Below are positions 11,223-20,623 of a stretch of 64,000 nucleotides of DNA, piece by piece. The first letter of the stretch is position 1, and each line of letters begins with the position of its first letter. This DNA is from Candidatus Saccharicenans sp. Lineage in GTDB: Bacteria > Acidobacteriota > Aminicenantia > Aminicenantales > Saccharicenantaceae. The translations under genes were made by a program, and so were the position numbers. The DNA lies in the NCBI GenBank assembly GCA_026414545.1, contig JAOAIU010000007.1, forward strand, positions 39,261-103,260. Direction: 5' to 3'. The notes beneath the pieces were generated by a model. It worked only from the letters and a program-made list of their open reading frames with translations. It was not told where the DNA came from and did no database searches.

Positions 11223-12323
11223 ATGAGAATTACTATCAGTGTCTTAAAAGCTGATATCGGGAGCATCGGCGGCCATATCAAACCAAGCCAGGCCCTTCTC
11301 CAGGAAATCAGGAATTTCGTGGCTGCCAGAAGCCAGGATTTATTGATTGATTATTACATCAGCTCAACCGGTGACGATATCGCCATCCTCTGCACTCACA
11401 CCAGAGGAATCGGCAACGAGAAGATACACCAGCTGGCCTGGGAAGCCTTCTTGGCCGGGACGGCCGTGGCCAAGAAGACCGGCCTGTACGGAGCAGGCCA
11501 GGACCTGCTCAAAGACGCCTTCTCGGGCAACGTCAAGGGCTTAGGGCCGGCGGTGGCTGAAATGGAGTTTGAGGAAAGAGAAAACGAACCGTTCCTCTTT
11601 TTTGCTGCCGACAAGACTGACCCCGGCGCCTACAATCTACCATTTTACCTGGCCTTCGCTGACCCCATGTACTGTTCCGGTCTGATCCTCAGCCCGAAGA
11701 TGAGCCTGGGCTACAGGTTCCGCATTATCGACGTCAGTTACACCGAAAAAAATAAGGTAATTGAACTGGTGGCTCCGGAAGAACTTTATGACATAGCCGC
11801 CCTGCTCCGAGATACCGAAAGATACGTCATCGAGAGCATCTGGTCGCGCAGCACCGGAAACCAGGCCGTATCCATCTCCACCCAGCGCCTGCATAACATC
11901 GCCGGAAAATATACGGGCAAGGACGACCCGGTGGCCCTGGTTCGGGTCCAAGGGGAATTCCCGGCCACCGGCGAAATTCTGGCCCCGTTCAACATCGGGC
12001 ACTACGTGGCCGGCTTCATGCGCGGCAGTCACATCGGACCGCTAATGCCCTGCCGACTTAACGCTACCGTTTCCTATTTCGACGGCCCCCCGGTGGTAAC
12101 CGGGGCCGCCTTCTCCATGAAAGAGGGGCGCCTGTCCGAGCCGGCTGACGTCTTTGACCATCCATACTGGGAAGCCATACGGGCTCAGATTGCCCAGAAA
12201 GCCTCAGAAATCAGACGTCAGGGATTCTGCGGCCCGTCGATGCTACCATATTCCGAACTGGAGTACGGTGGGGTGGTTGAAAAATTGAAACAGCTGGAAA
12301 AGAGGTTTATCCTTTCCGATTGA
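11223..12323 (+). CDS. fbp: Bifunctional fructose-1,6-bisphosphate aldolase/phosphatase (class V FBPase, archaeal type)
   Basis: [18 protein letters not shown]... N-terminus. Collinear match along its whole length to FBP aldolase/phosphatases, including [10 protein letters not shown]...[10 protein letters not shown]...[27 protein letters not shown]17-TAAATT candidate promoter lies upstream. Confidence 0.85.
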   Translation: MRITISVLKADIGSIGGHIKPSQALLQEIRNFVAARSQDLLIDYYISSTGDDIAILCTHTRGIGNEKIHQLAWEAFLAGTAVAKKTGLYGAGQDLLKDAFSGNVKGLGPAVAEMEFEERENEPFLFFAADKTDPGAYNLPFYLAFADPMYCSGLILSPKMSLGYRFRIIDVSYTEKNKVIELVAPEELYDIAALLRDTERYVIESIWSRSTGNQAVSISTQRLHNIAGKYTGKDDPVALVRVQGEFPATGEILAPFNIGHYVAGFMRGSHIGPLMPCRLNATVSYFDGPPVVTGAAFSMKEGRLSEPADVFDHPYWEAIRAQIAQKASEIRRQGFCGPSMLPYSELEYGGVVEKLKQLEKRFILSD

Positions 12324-12366
12324 CTTTTTCCCCGGCAGAGGGTATTTTAGCCGGGAAGAATCCACC

Positions 12367-13083
12367 ATGAGCGAAAGAAGGCATCCTGTCCCGGCTGTCG
12401 ACCTGATCATAGAAATCAAACTGCCCGACGGTCGGACCGGCATAGTTTTGATAGAAAGAAAGAACCCGCCGTACGGCTGGGCTCTTCCCGGCGGCTTTGT
12501 AGATTATGGCGAAACCCTGGAACAGGCTGCCATCCGCGAGGCCCGGGAGGAAACTTCACTCCAGGTCGAACTCATCAGGCAATTCCACACCTACTCGGAC
12601 CCCGGACGTGACCCGAGACGCCATACCATATCCACCGTATTTATTGCCAGGGCAGAAGGAATGCCTGAGGCCGCCGATGATGCCAGAAAAGCCGGTGTCT
12701 TTAGCCGCGAAGAAATTAACTTCCCGCTGGCTTTTGATCATAGACAGATACTTGATGATTATTTTGCCTGGCGAGAGAAACATCCTCCCGAACTGGACGG
12801 GAATCAGTCTGAACATGTCCCGCTTTCACCTCCAAACTCTCCAGAACTGGAAGAAACACTGGTCGAATTGACAAGGGTCTGGAGCCTGGCCGAAGCCGAG
12901 GTCATAAAGAGCTTCCTGGGCACCAACGGCATCTTCTGCCTGCTCAAAGGCCAGATTGTCCATTCCATTTATCCGTTCACCATGGATGGACTTGGAGAAA
13001 CGATAATAATGGTGTTGCAGAAGGACCTGGAAAGGGCCCGGCAGTTGCTGGAAGATTACAGCCCTTCGCGGACCGAAGACTGA
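12367..13083 (+). CDS. NUDIX hydrolase fused to a C-terminal DUF2007-like (PII-like putative signal-transducing) domain
   Basis: NUDIX box [24 protein letters not shown] in the N-terminal ~150 aa. The C-terminal ~70 aa, [37 protein letters not shown]...[22 protein letters not shown], matches the DUF2007 pattern. Confidence 0.75.
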   Translation: MSERRHPVPAVDLIIEIKLPDGRTGIVLIERKNPPYGWALPGGFVDYGETLEQAAIREAREETSLQVELIRQFHTYSDPGRDPRRHTISTVFIARAEGMPEAADDARKAGVFSREEINFPLAFDHRQILDDYFAWREKHPPELDGNQSEHVPLSPPNSPELEETLVELTRVWSLAEAEVIKSFLGTNGIFCLLKGQIVHSIYPFTMDGLGETIIMVLQKDLERARQLLEDYSPSRTED

Positions 13084-13153
13084 CCGGTCGAGAGTCCGCT
13101 TTTCTCCCTGTTATCACCCCCTAAAAATATTTTGTTTTAATGGGATTTTTTTC

Positions 13154-13182
13154 TTGACTTTTATAATTTTCTTTCTTATATT
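13154..13182 (+). promoter_or_regulatory. Pmra-like sigma70 promoter for the dcw cluster (TTGACT-N17-TATATT)
   Basis: -35 TTGACT at 13154-13159, a 17-nt spacer, and -10 TATATT at 13177-13182. It sits immediately upstream of the MraZ boxes and mraZ. Confidence 0.45.
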
Positions 13183-13191
13183 TAACTCAAA

Positions 13192-13217
13192 ATGGGATAA
13201 AACGGGACAAAATGGGA
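13192..13217 (+). promoter_or_regulatory. MraZ operator: three (T/C)GGGA direct repeats at 10-bp periodicity
   Basis: aATGGGAtaaaACGGGAcaaaATGGGAaaa: boxes at 13193-13197, 13203-13207 and 13213-13217. This matches the architecture of MraZ-binding direct-repeat operators between Pmra and mraZ in other bacteria. Confidence 0.5.
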
Positions 13218-13694
13218 AAAGAAGCCGCCAACAACTTGCTGATCGGAAGCTACACGGCTCGTCTTGACCATAGCGGCCGGCTGAAAATTCCCGAAAAATT
13301 TCGAGATATTATCGAACAGGCTTATGGCAAAGATGTCTTCATAACTTCTCTTACCGACGAAGCGGTGCAACTATTTCCGCTGACTGTCTGGGAACAGCTG
13401 ACCAGCATCGCCAACGAGGGAGCACTGACCCTGCGTCCAGACGTCAGGCGTTTCTTGCTGCGGGTCAACCTTAAAGGGAGTCATCATCAGATCGACGCTA
13501 AGGGAAGGGTGCTGATCAGTCAGACTCTCAGAGACAAGGCTCGGCTCAACACCGAAGTGGAGGTGATTGGACTTAACAACCATCTGGAAATCTGGAACAA
13601 GGAAGTCCTGGAATCGATTATCGAAAAGCGGCCCCTGAGCGAGGAGGATTTCGAAAATATTGCCCGTCTTGTCCCCCGAGGAAAGACTGAATGA
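13212..13694 (+). CDS. mraZ: Transcriptional regulator MraZ
   Basis: Two DxxxR-type MraZ repeats (DHSGRLKIP and DAKGRVLIS). First gene of the dcw cluster. The start is uncertain: the ATG at 13212 overlaps the third MraZ box, and the in-frame TTG at 13236 would give the canonical MLIGSY... N-terminus. Confidence 0.85.
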   Translation: MGKEAANNLLIGSYTARLDHSGRLKIPEKFRDIIEQAYGKDVFITSLTDEAVQLFPLTVWEQLTSIANEGALTLRPDVRRFLLRVNLKGSHHQIDAKGRVLISQTLRDKARLNTEVEVIGLNNHLEIWNKEVLESIIEKRPLSEEDFENIARLVPRGKTE

Positions 13695-14593
13695 AAGATT
13701 ACGGGCACAGGCCAGTCCTGGTTGAGGAAACGCTGGCCTATTTACAGGCCTCGCGGCCGGGGCTCTATATAGATTGCACGATTGGCCTGGGGGGACACGC
13801 TCTGGAGATTTTGAGGAGAAATCCCGGAGCCAGAATAATCGGGTTTGACCTGGATGAGCTGTCGCTCAAGGCAGCTTCCGGGAGGCTGGCTGAATACCGC
13901 GACCGGGTCAAGCTCTTTCAACTGGATTTCAGGGAGATGCTCGACTTCCAAGGGCTCGTTCCCTTTGACGAAGTGAAGGGCGTTCTGGCCGACCTGGGAA
14001 TTTCTTCCTTTCAGCTTGACAATCCGGAGCGCGGTTTCAGTTTCAACCTGGAAGGTCCGCTGGACATGAGAATGGATACAAGGCAGAAAACCACGGCCGA
14101 AAAGATCCTGATGACCTATCCTGAAGCTCGCCTGGCCGAAATTTTCAAGAAGTACGGAGAACTCCACCATACCAGGCTGCTGGCCCGCAAAATTGCCAGC
14201 CAGCGTAAGCTCGGGCTCTTAAAAAATACCACCGACCTCAAGAAGCTGGTAGAAGAGGTCTACCGCTGGGTGCCCCATAAGAACCATCTTCACCCGGCGG
14301 CCAGAGTTTTCCAGGCTTTGAGGATAGAGGTTAACCAGGAACTTAAAGGGCTGGACCTTTTCCTCGACCGGCTGGCCAGGAAATGTCCGCCGGGAGCCAG
14401 GCTGGTCGTCATTTCGTTCCATTCCCTTGAGGACCGCCTGGTCAAAAAGGCTTTCCAGAGCCTGGCTTCGGGGGAGACGGGGCATCCACTGGTCAAAATT
14501 CTGACCCGAAAGCCGGTCCGGCCGTCGCCGGAAGAAATAGAAGCCAATTCCCGTAGCCATTCGGCCAAGCTGCGGGCCGCGGAGAGAATATGA
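13691..14593 (+). CDS. rsmH: 16S rRNA (cytosine1402-N4)-methyltransferase RsmH (MraW)
   Basis: HRPVLVEETLAYL...GLGGHA...GFDLD SAM-MTase motifs. Position after mraZ. Confidence 0.9.
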   Translation: MKDYGHRPVLVEETLAYLQASRPGLYIDCTIGLGGHALEILRRNPGARIIGFDLDELSLKAASGRLAEYRDRVKLFQLDFREMLDFQGLVPFDEVKGVLADLGISSFQLDNPERGFSFNLEGPLDMRMDTRQKTTAEKILMTYPEARLAEIFKKYGELHHTRLLARKIASQRKLGLLKNTTDLKKLVEEVYRWVPHKNHLHPAARVFQALRIEVNQELKGLDLFLDRLARKCPPGARLVVISFHSLEDRLVKKAFQSLASGETGHPLVKILTRKPVRPSPEEIEANSRSHSAKLRAAERI

Positions 14594-14892
14594 ATATGGT
14601 CAGGAAAAAATACAGCTGGAAGCAGCTGGCCCTGGGCGCTGGACTGGCGGTGTTAGTTCTGGGCAACCTGACCTTTTACATCTGGTACCAGAGTGAATCG
14701 GTTCGGCTCGGCTACCGGATTCACGAACTGGAGATGAAGGTGGAAAGGTTGAAAGAGGAAATCAAGAGGCTGGAAACCAGGAAAGAAGCCCTGCTGTCCC
14801 TGGAAAGAATCGACCGGGTGGCCCGGACCGACCTCCAGCTCCAGGACCCGAAACCCGACCAGGTCATCTTCGAAAAGCAGGTGGTGAAATGA
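14590..14892 (+). CDS. ftsL: Cell division protein FtsL
   Basis: 100 aa with a single TM and a coiled coil. Canonical position between rsmH and ftsI. Confidence 0.7.
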   Translation: MNMVRKKYSWKQLALGAGLAVLVLGNLTFYIWYQSESVRLGYRIHELEMKVERLKEEIKRLETRKEALLSLERIDRVARTDLQLQDPKPDQVIFEKQVVK

Positions 14893-16676
14893 AGCTGATA
14901 CTCCAGGACCGTTCGCCATTTTCCACCAGCCACCGCCAGAAGGTCAAGTTCGTACTGGTGGCCATCCTCTTCTGGTTTGCCGTCATCAGTGTCCGGCTGC
15001 TGGAACTCCAGGTCCTGGAACACAAGAAACTAAAGGCCGAGGTGCTGGAACAGAGTCAGGACCTGATCACCGTCCTGCCGACCAGGGGCACGATTTTCGA
15101 CCGGAACGGAAAAATCCTGGCCCGAAGCCTGCCGGCCGCCTCGGTGTTCTTCTCGCCGGTTAAAGGCGAAAATCTGGACCAGCAGCTCAAGAGCATCTAC
15201 CGGTTGAAGAGTCTGCTGGACCTAAAAGACCAGGAAGTCAGAAAAATCGTCAATTCCATAGAAAAGCGCAGGAGATTTACCTGGATAAAAAGAAAAATAT
15301 CCCTGGAACTGGCTGAGACCATTAGAAATCTCAAGTTACCCGGCATCTACCTGCTGGAAGAGAACCGTAGATTCTATCCTCAGGGTCAGCTGGCTGCTCA
15401 TGTACTCGGCGGAGTCAACGTGGACGATTTCGGGCTGGCCGGGGTGGAGTATTACTACAACTCCCTGCTGCGGGGAGAAGAGGGCCAGCAACTGATCATG
15501 AAAGATGCCCGCAAAAGGGAATTCTTCATCGAAACCATAAAGGAAACCAGGCCCGGCCAGGACCTCTACCTGACGATAGATTCCACCATTCAGTACATCG
15601 CTGAAAAAGAACTGCAGCGGGCGGTAGAAAAACACCAGGCCAACTGGGGCACCATCATCGTTTCGGTACCCCAGACTGGCGAAATCCTGGCCATGGCCAG
15701 CTACCCGTCTTACGACCCGAATAATTTCCCCCCGCCGGAAAATGTCATGCCCAACCGGGCCATCCAGCACACCTACGAACCAGGTTCGACGGTGAAGATG
15801 GTTACGGCCGCAGCCGCCAGGGAACTGGCCGGGATTGACTGGAATACCTATTACGACTGCAGCCAGGGATACCTGGTTTTCGGGGGAACCATAGTCCGGG
15901 ACCACGTCCGGATGGGAGTGTTGAACTTCCCTGAGGTCTTCATCCAGTCTTCCAACGTGGGTACCATAAAGATTGCCGAGCGTATTGGCGTCGAAAATAT
16001 CTACCGGATGTTCAGGGCTTTCCGGTTCGGCGAGAAGACCGGCATCGACCTGCCCGGGGAAGAATCCGGCATCCTTCACCCGCTGGACAGGTGGCGGAAA
16101 TCATCTCTTCGAGTGGCCATAGGCTACGAAATTTCAGCTACCCCCATCCAGGTGCTGAGGACGCTGAATGTCTTTGCCACCGGAGGTTACCTGGTACAGC
16201 CCAGGGTCCGGCTGGACCAGGTTTCCCCTCTCTCTGGAATCACCGCCGCGGCCCTTAAACCCCAGGCGGGAAGCCAGCCCATCCTCAGGCCGGAAACCGT
16301 TCGGCAGCTGGTCGACCTGGTCCTCAAACCGGTGGTCGAAAAGGGCACCGGCCGAGAAGCAAGCTTGCCCGGTTACCAGATGGCTGGCAAGACCGGGACC
16401 GCCCAGAAATATGATTCTGAGCTCAGGGCTTACTCCAATTCCAGGCACGTGGCTTCCTTTGCCGGTTTTGTTCCGGCCGATCAACCCCTGGTTTCCATAG
16501 TCGTGGTTATAGACGAACCGCGGGGGATGTTTCATTACGGAGGCCAGGTGGCCGCTCCCGTCTTCAGGGAAGTGGCCAGAAAAGTCCTTCTCTATCTTAA
16601 TCGACCCCCGGAGAAATTGCCCGAAGGCCTGATCCTGGCCAGAAAAGAAGCCCCGACGGCAGGAGTGACTGATTGA
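14889..16676 (+). CDS. ftsI: Peptidoglycan D,D-transpeptidase FtsI (class B PBP)
   Basis: N-terminal TM and dimerisation domain. Transpeptidase motifs STVK, SSN and KTGT. Confidence 0.9.
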   Translation: MKLILQDRSPFSTSHRQKVKFVLVAILFWFAVISVRLLELQVLEHKKLKAEVLEQSQDLITVLPTRGTIFDRNGKILARSLPAASVFFSPVKGENLDQQLKSIYRLKSLLDLKDQEVRKIVNSIEKRRRFTWIKRKISLELAETIRNLKLPGIYLLEENRRFYPQGQLAAHVLGGVNVDDFGLAGVEYYYNSLLRGEEGQQLIMKDARKREFFIETIKETRPGQDLYLTIDSTIQYIAEKELQRAVEKHQANWGTIIVSVPQTGEILAMASYPSYDPNNFPPPENVMPNRAIQHTYEPGSTVKMVTAAAARELAGIDWNTYYDCSQGYLVFGGTIVRDHVRMGVLNFPEVFIQSSNVGTIKIAERIGVENIYRMFRAFRFGEKTGIDLPGEESGILHPLDRWRKSSLRVAIGYEISATPIQVLRTLNVFATGGYLVQPRVRLDQVSPLSGITAAALKPQAGSQPILRPETVRQLVDLVLKPVVEKGTGREASLPGYQMAGKTGTAQKYDSELRAYSNSRHVASFAGFVPADQPLVSIVVVIDEPRGMFHYGGQVAAPVFREVARKVLLYLNRPPEKLPEGLILARKEAPTAGVTD

Positions 16677-16677
16677 C

Positions 16678-18144
16678 ATGAAGTTATCGGAATTATTGCG
16701 GGATGTTCGAGTGGCCAGCCTGCGGGCGGCCCCAGACCTGGAGATTACCGGGCTGGCCTACTCTTCCAAAAAAGTCGAGCCAGGAAATATCTTCATCGCC
16801 CTCAAGGGACAGAAAACGGATGGACATAATTTCCTATCGGAAGCCCTGGAGCGCGGGGCCGCGGTCATAGTTTCAGAACGTCCGCGCCCCCCTGAGGTTG
16901 ACCAGGCCTGGGTCCAGGTGCTCGACGCCCGCGAGGCCATGGCCCTGATGGCCGCCAACTTCTACGGCCACCCCTCTTCCCGGCTCAAGGTGGTCGGCAT
17001 TACCGGCACCAAGGGGAAAACAACCATAACCTATATCCTGGAAGAAATTCTCAAGACCGCCGGCTTCCAGCCGGGGGTGGTCGGCACCGTGGAATACCGC
17101 TGGGCCGGTCGGCAGTTTTCCGCCGAGAGGACCACGCCCGAAGCGCCGGACATCCAGAAGTTTTTGCGGCAGATGGTGGAAGACGGAGTCAGTCACTGCC
17201 TGATGGAAGTTTCTTCCCATTCCCTCGAGTTCAAGCGGGTCTGGGGAATCGGGTTCGACGTGGCTGTTTTCACCAATCTCAGCGGGGAACACCTCGATTA
17301 CCACCAGACCATGGAAAAGTACTTCGAAGCCAAGAAAAAACTTTTCTTCCTGAACCATAAACGCCAGGCATCCATCGTCAACATCGATGACCCCTGGGGG
17401 GAAAGGTTGCTATCAGAATTGCCGATGCAGACAATTAGCTTCGGCTTCAAGCCGGAAGCCGTGGTCAGGGCTGAGAAGTTCATCATCGATCAGGATGGAA
17501 TGACCGCCACTGTTTCTTCGCCCCTCGGGCGGCTGACCTTCACCTCCAGCCTGATAGGAAAACATAACCTTTATAACTTTCTGGCGGCCATCTCAGCCGC
17601 CCTGGCCCTGTCTGTTTCCGTTCCAGACATCATCAAGGGAATCTCCTCTGTCAAAAGGATTCCGGGCCGCTTCGAGAACGTGCCCAACAGTCTGGGAATT
17701 AAGGTCATTGTCGATTACGCCCACACTGACGGAGCTCTGGAAAATCTGCTGCAGGCCATACGCAGCCTTAACCCCAGGAAAGTTATCCTGGTCTTTGGCT
17801 GTGGCGGCGACCGCGACCGTCTGAAACGCCCGCGCATGGGTGAAGTGGCCGCCAGGCTGGCCGACTGGACCATCATCACTTCCGACAACCCCAGGTCCGA
17901 AGACCCGGAGCAGATAGTTTCGGAAATAGAACAGGGCTTCCACCGCCTGGGCAATCACAACTACGAAAAGATCATCGACCGGCGCCAGGCCATTGAAACC
18001 GCCCTGGTCACGGCCAGGAAAGGCGACTGGGTGGTCATTGCCGGCAAGGGTCATGAAAATTACCAGATATTCAAGGACCGGACGGTTTCCTTCAGCGACG
18101 TCGACACCGCCCGAGAAATAATTGAGAGCCTGGAGAAAAAGTAG
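16678..18144 (+). CDS. murE: UDP-N-acetylmuramoyl-L-alanyl-D-glutamate--2,6-diaminopimelate ligase
   Basis: Mur ligase P-loop GITGTKGKTT. The DNPR motif (ITSDNPRSEDP) indicates meso-DAP specificity. Confidence 0.9.
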   Translation: MKLSELLRDVRVASLRAAPDLEITGLAYSSKKVEPGNIFIALKGQKTDGHNFLSEALERGAAVIVSERPRPPEVDQAWVQVLDAREAMALMAANFYGHPSSRLKVVGITGTKGKTTITYILEEILKTAGFQPGVVGTVEYRWAGRQFSAERTTPEAPDIQKFLRQMVEDGVSHCLMEVSSHSLEFKRVWGIGFDVAVFTNLSGEHLDYHQTMEKYFEAKKKLFFLNHKRQASIVNIDDPWGERLLSELPMQTISFGFKPEAVVRAEKFIIDQDGMTATVSSPLGRLTFTSSLIGKHNLYNFLAAISAALALSVSVPDIIKGISSVKRIPGRFENVPNSLGIKVIVDYAHTDGALENLLQAIRSLNPRKVILVFGCGGDRDRLKRPRMGEVAARLADWTIITSDNPRSEDPEQIVSEIEQGFHRLGNHNYEKIIDRRQAIETALVTARKGDWVVIAGKGHENYQIFKDRTVSFSDVDTAREIIESLEKK

Positions 18145-18145
18145 G

Positions 18146-19531
18146 ATGGCCAGTTTGTTTCTGGGACAGGTAGCGCAGCTGGCCGGGGGCCGGCTGCTTC
18201 AGGGTCGACCCGATACTCCCATCCTGTCCTATACCTTTGACTCCAGGCAGGTTGCTCCGGGGACCCTGTTCTTCGCTCTAAAAGATAAGAGAGATGGACA
18301 CCAGTTCGTCCGCGACGCCTACGATAAAGGGGCGGCGGCAGCCTGCATCTCTGAAGAGGTGGGCAGCCTGCCACCGGACTTCGGATTGATAAGAGTCGAA
18401 GATACCCTGAAAGCCCTGCAGACCCTGGCCGCCCGGTGGCTGGGCCTGCACCCGGTCAAAATCGTGGGAATAACGGGCAGCGTGGGCAAGACTTCCACCA
18501 AGGAATTTACCGCTCACCTTCTCCAGGAAAAATTCAGAGTGTTGAAATCTCCCGGGAATTTCAACAACCAGATCGGCGTTCCCATCTCCATACTATCGAT
18601 GGACGGCAGCCAGGAAATCGCGGTGCTGGAAATGGGCATGAGCCAGCGGGGAGAAATAAGCAAGCTCACGGACATTGCTCCGCCGGACGTAGCAGTCATA
18701 ACCGCCATCGCCCCGGTTCACCTGGAATTCTTCCGTGACCTGGAAGATATCGCCCTGGCCAAGAAAGAAATACTGGAGGGAGCCAAACCGGGAGCCCTGG
18801 CCGTCTTAAACGGTGATGACTCATTGCTCAGAAAAATGGGCGAAGCCTGGGGCGGACGGGTGCTTTATTACGGCTCAAGCCCGGATTTCCCGGTCAGAGC
18901 TGAAAATCTTGAGCAACTTGGCCTGGAAGGTATCCGTTTTGACCTGGTCCTGGGAGACGAGAAAACTTCTCTCCGGGTGCCTTTCCTGAACCGAGCCCTG
19001 GTCTCCAACCTCCTGGCCGCCTGCGCCGTGGCCCACTCTTTCGGGCTCAAGCTCGCTGAGATCCTGCCGGCTCTGAACGACCTGCCAGCGGTTGAGCATC
19101 GGGGCCAGCTTCTGGAATTAAAAAATGGAATAAGGGTTTACGATGATTCTTATAATTCCAACCCCGTGGCCCTGAAATCAGTGCTGGAAAGCCTGGGGCG
19201 AATTCCGGCCCGCAGGAAAATCGCGGTCCTGGGCGACATGCTGGAACTCGGCCCGCAGGAAATTAGTTTTCATCGTGAGGCCGGGGCCAGGGTACCAGAA
19301 AACGGGTGGAATATCCTAGTAACCGTCGGCCAGAGGGCCCGTCACCTGGTTGAGGGAGCGGTCGAGTGCGGTTTTGACCCCGGGTCCGTATATTCTTTTG
19401 ACGAGGCCCTGCAAGCAGCCGCCTGGCTGCGCGATTTTCTGCAGGCCGGAGACCTGGTCCTGGTCAAGGGTTCTCACGGCCTGGCCCTGGACCGCATAGT
19501 GACTTTCCTGAAAAAAGAGATGGAGGCCTAA
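18146..19531 (+). CDS. murF: UDP-N-acetylmuramoyl-tripeptide--D-alanyl-D-alanine ligase
   Basis: Mur ligase P-loop GITGSVGKTSTKE. Start placed at the ATG at 18146, just after the murE stop; the track ORF begins at 18122 inside murE. Confidence 0.88.
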   Translation: MASLFLGQVAQLAGGRLLQGRPDTPILSYTFDSRQVAPGTLFFALKDKRDGHQFVRDAYDKGAAAACISEEVGSLPPDFGLIRVEDTLKALQTLAARWLGLHPVKIVGITGSVGKTSTKEFTAHLLQEKFRVLKSPGNFNNQIGVPISILSMDGSQEIAVLEMGMSQRGEISKLTDIAPPDVAVITAIAPVHLEFFRDLEDIALAKKEILEGAKPGALAVLNGDDSLLRKMGEAWGGRVLYYGSSPDFPVRAENLEQLGLEGIRFDLVLGDEKTSLRVPFLNRALVSNLLAACAVAHSFGLKLAEILPALNDLPAVEHRGQLLELKNGIRVYDDSYNSNPVALKSVLESLGRIPARRKIAVLGDMLELGPQEISFHREAGARVPENGWNILVTVGQRARHLVEGAVECGFDPGSVYSFDEALQAAAWLRDFLQAGDLVLVKGSHGLALDRIVTFLKKEMEA

Positions 19532-19532
19532 A

Positions 19533-20621
19533 GTGCTGTACTGGTTGCTCGTTCCGCTCAGAGAGTATTACTTCTTCTTCAATGTCTTCCGCTACATAAC
19601 CGTCAGGACGGCTCTGGGCGGAATCACCGCCCTGCTGCTGATGTTCATCTTTACGCCCTTATTCATCAAACTTCTAAAAAAACACCAGGTCGGTCAAGAA
19701 ATAAGGCAGGAAGGACCTTCCAGCCACCTGAACAAGAAGGGCACCCCGTCGATGGGCGGGTTGATGATCATCGCCGCCACCGTGGTCTCCACCCTGCTCT
19801 GGGGCAACCTGGAAAACATATATGTCTGGCTGGCCATGGGAGGAATGCTGTTCTTCGGGGCCATCGGTTTCGCCGATGATTTCATAAAATACCGCTGGCG
19901 TCGCTCCCTGGGCCTGACTCCCCGGCAGAAACTGGCCCTGCAATTTCTGGCTTCCGGGGCCCTGGCTCTGGTGCTGGTTCTGATCGGATTCAGGGGTCAA
20001 TTCAGCCTGAACCTGACTTTCCCGTTTTTCAAGGAATGGACACCCTATCTGGGCTGGGTTTACCTGCCCTGGATTCTGTTCATACTGGTCGGCTCTTCCA
20101 ACTCGGTCAACCTGGCTGACGGACTGGATGGGCTGGCCATTGGCTTGACCCTGATTGCTTCGGTAGCCCTGACCGCCCTGACCTATGTCGCCGGCCATGC
20201 CGTCTGGTCCCAGTACCTGAATATACTGCGCGTTCCCCTGGCCGCCGAGCTGACCGTATTTGTGGGAGCGTTGTCCGGAGCCTGCCTGGGCTTTCTGTGG
20301 TTCAACTGCCACCCGGCTGAAATATTCATGGGCGACGTCGGGGCCCTGTCGCTCGGAGGAACCCTGGGCCTGATTGCCATACTGATCAAGCAGGAATTTC
20401 TTCTGTTTGCCGTGGCCGGGGTGTTCATCCTGGAAGCCCTGTCGGTCATGCTCCAGGTTTCATACTTCAAGCTCACAGGTGGCAAGAGAATCTTCAGGAT
20501 GGCTCCCCTGCACCACCATTTTGAACTGGCCGGCTGGCCCGAAGAAAAGGTGGTCATACGCTTCTGGATCATAGGCATCATATTCGCGCTGTTCAGTTTA
20601 ACCACGTTGAAGTTGAGGTAA
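19533..20621 (+). CDS. mraY: Phospho-N-acetylmuramoyl-pentapeptide transferase
   Basis: Ten-TM protein with the conserved MraY motifs NSVNLADGLDGLA and HHHFE. Confidence 0.9.
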   Translation: MLYWLLVPLREYYFFFNVFRYITVRTALGGITALLLMFIFTPLFIKLLKKHQVGQEIRQEGPSSHLNKKGTPSMGGLMIIAATVVSTLLWGNLENIYVWLAMGGMLFFGAIGFADDFIKYRWRRSLGLTPRQKLALQFLASGALALVLVLIGFRGQFSLNLTFPFFKEWTPYLGWVYLPWILFILVGSSNSVNLADGLDGLAIGLTLIASVALTALTYVAGHAVWSQYLNILRVPLAAELTVFVGALSGACLGFLWFNCHPAEIFMGDVGALSLGGTLGLIAILIKQEFLLFAVAGVFILEALSVMLQVSYFKLTGGKRIFRMAPLHHHFELAGWPEEKVVIRFWIIGIIFALFSLTTLKLR

Positions 20622-20623
20622 AG

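Noticed and set aside
15336-16079. Long antisense/alternative-frame ORFs inside dcw genes (e.g. 15336-16079, 16873-17358, 19674-20312, 27647-28513, 27700-28725, 28839-29441)
   Set aside because: Each is fully contained within a recognisable Fts/Mur gene on the other strand or frame. They are Gly/Arg/Pro-rich, lack an RBS, and show no motifs.
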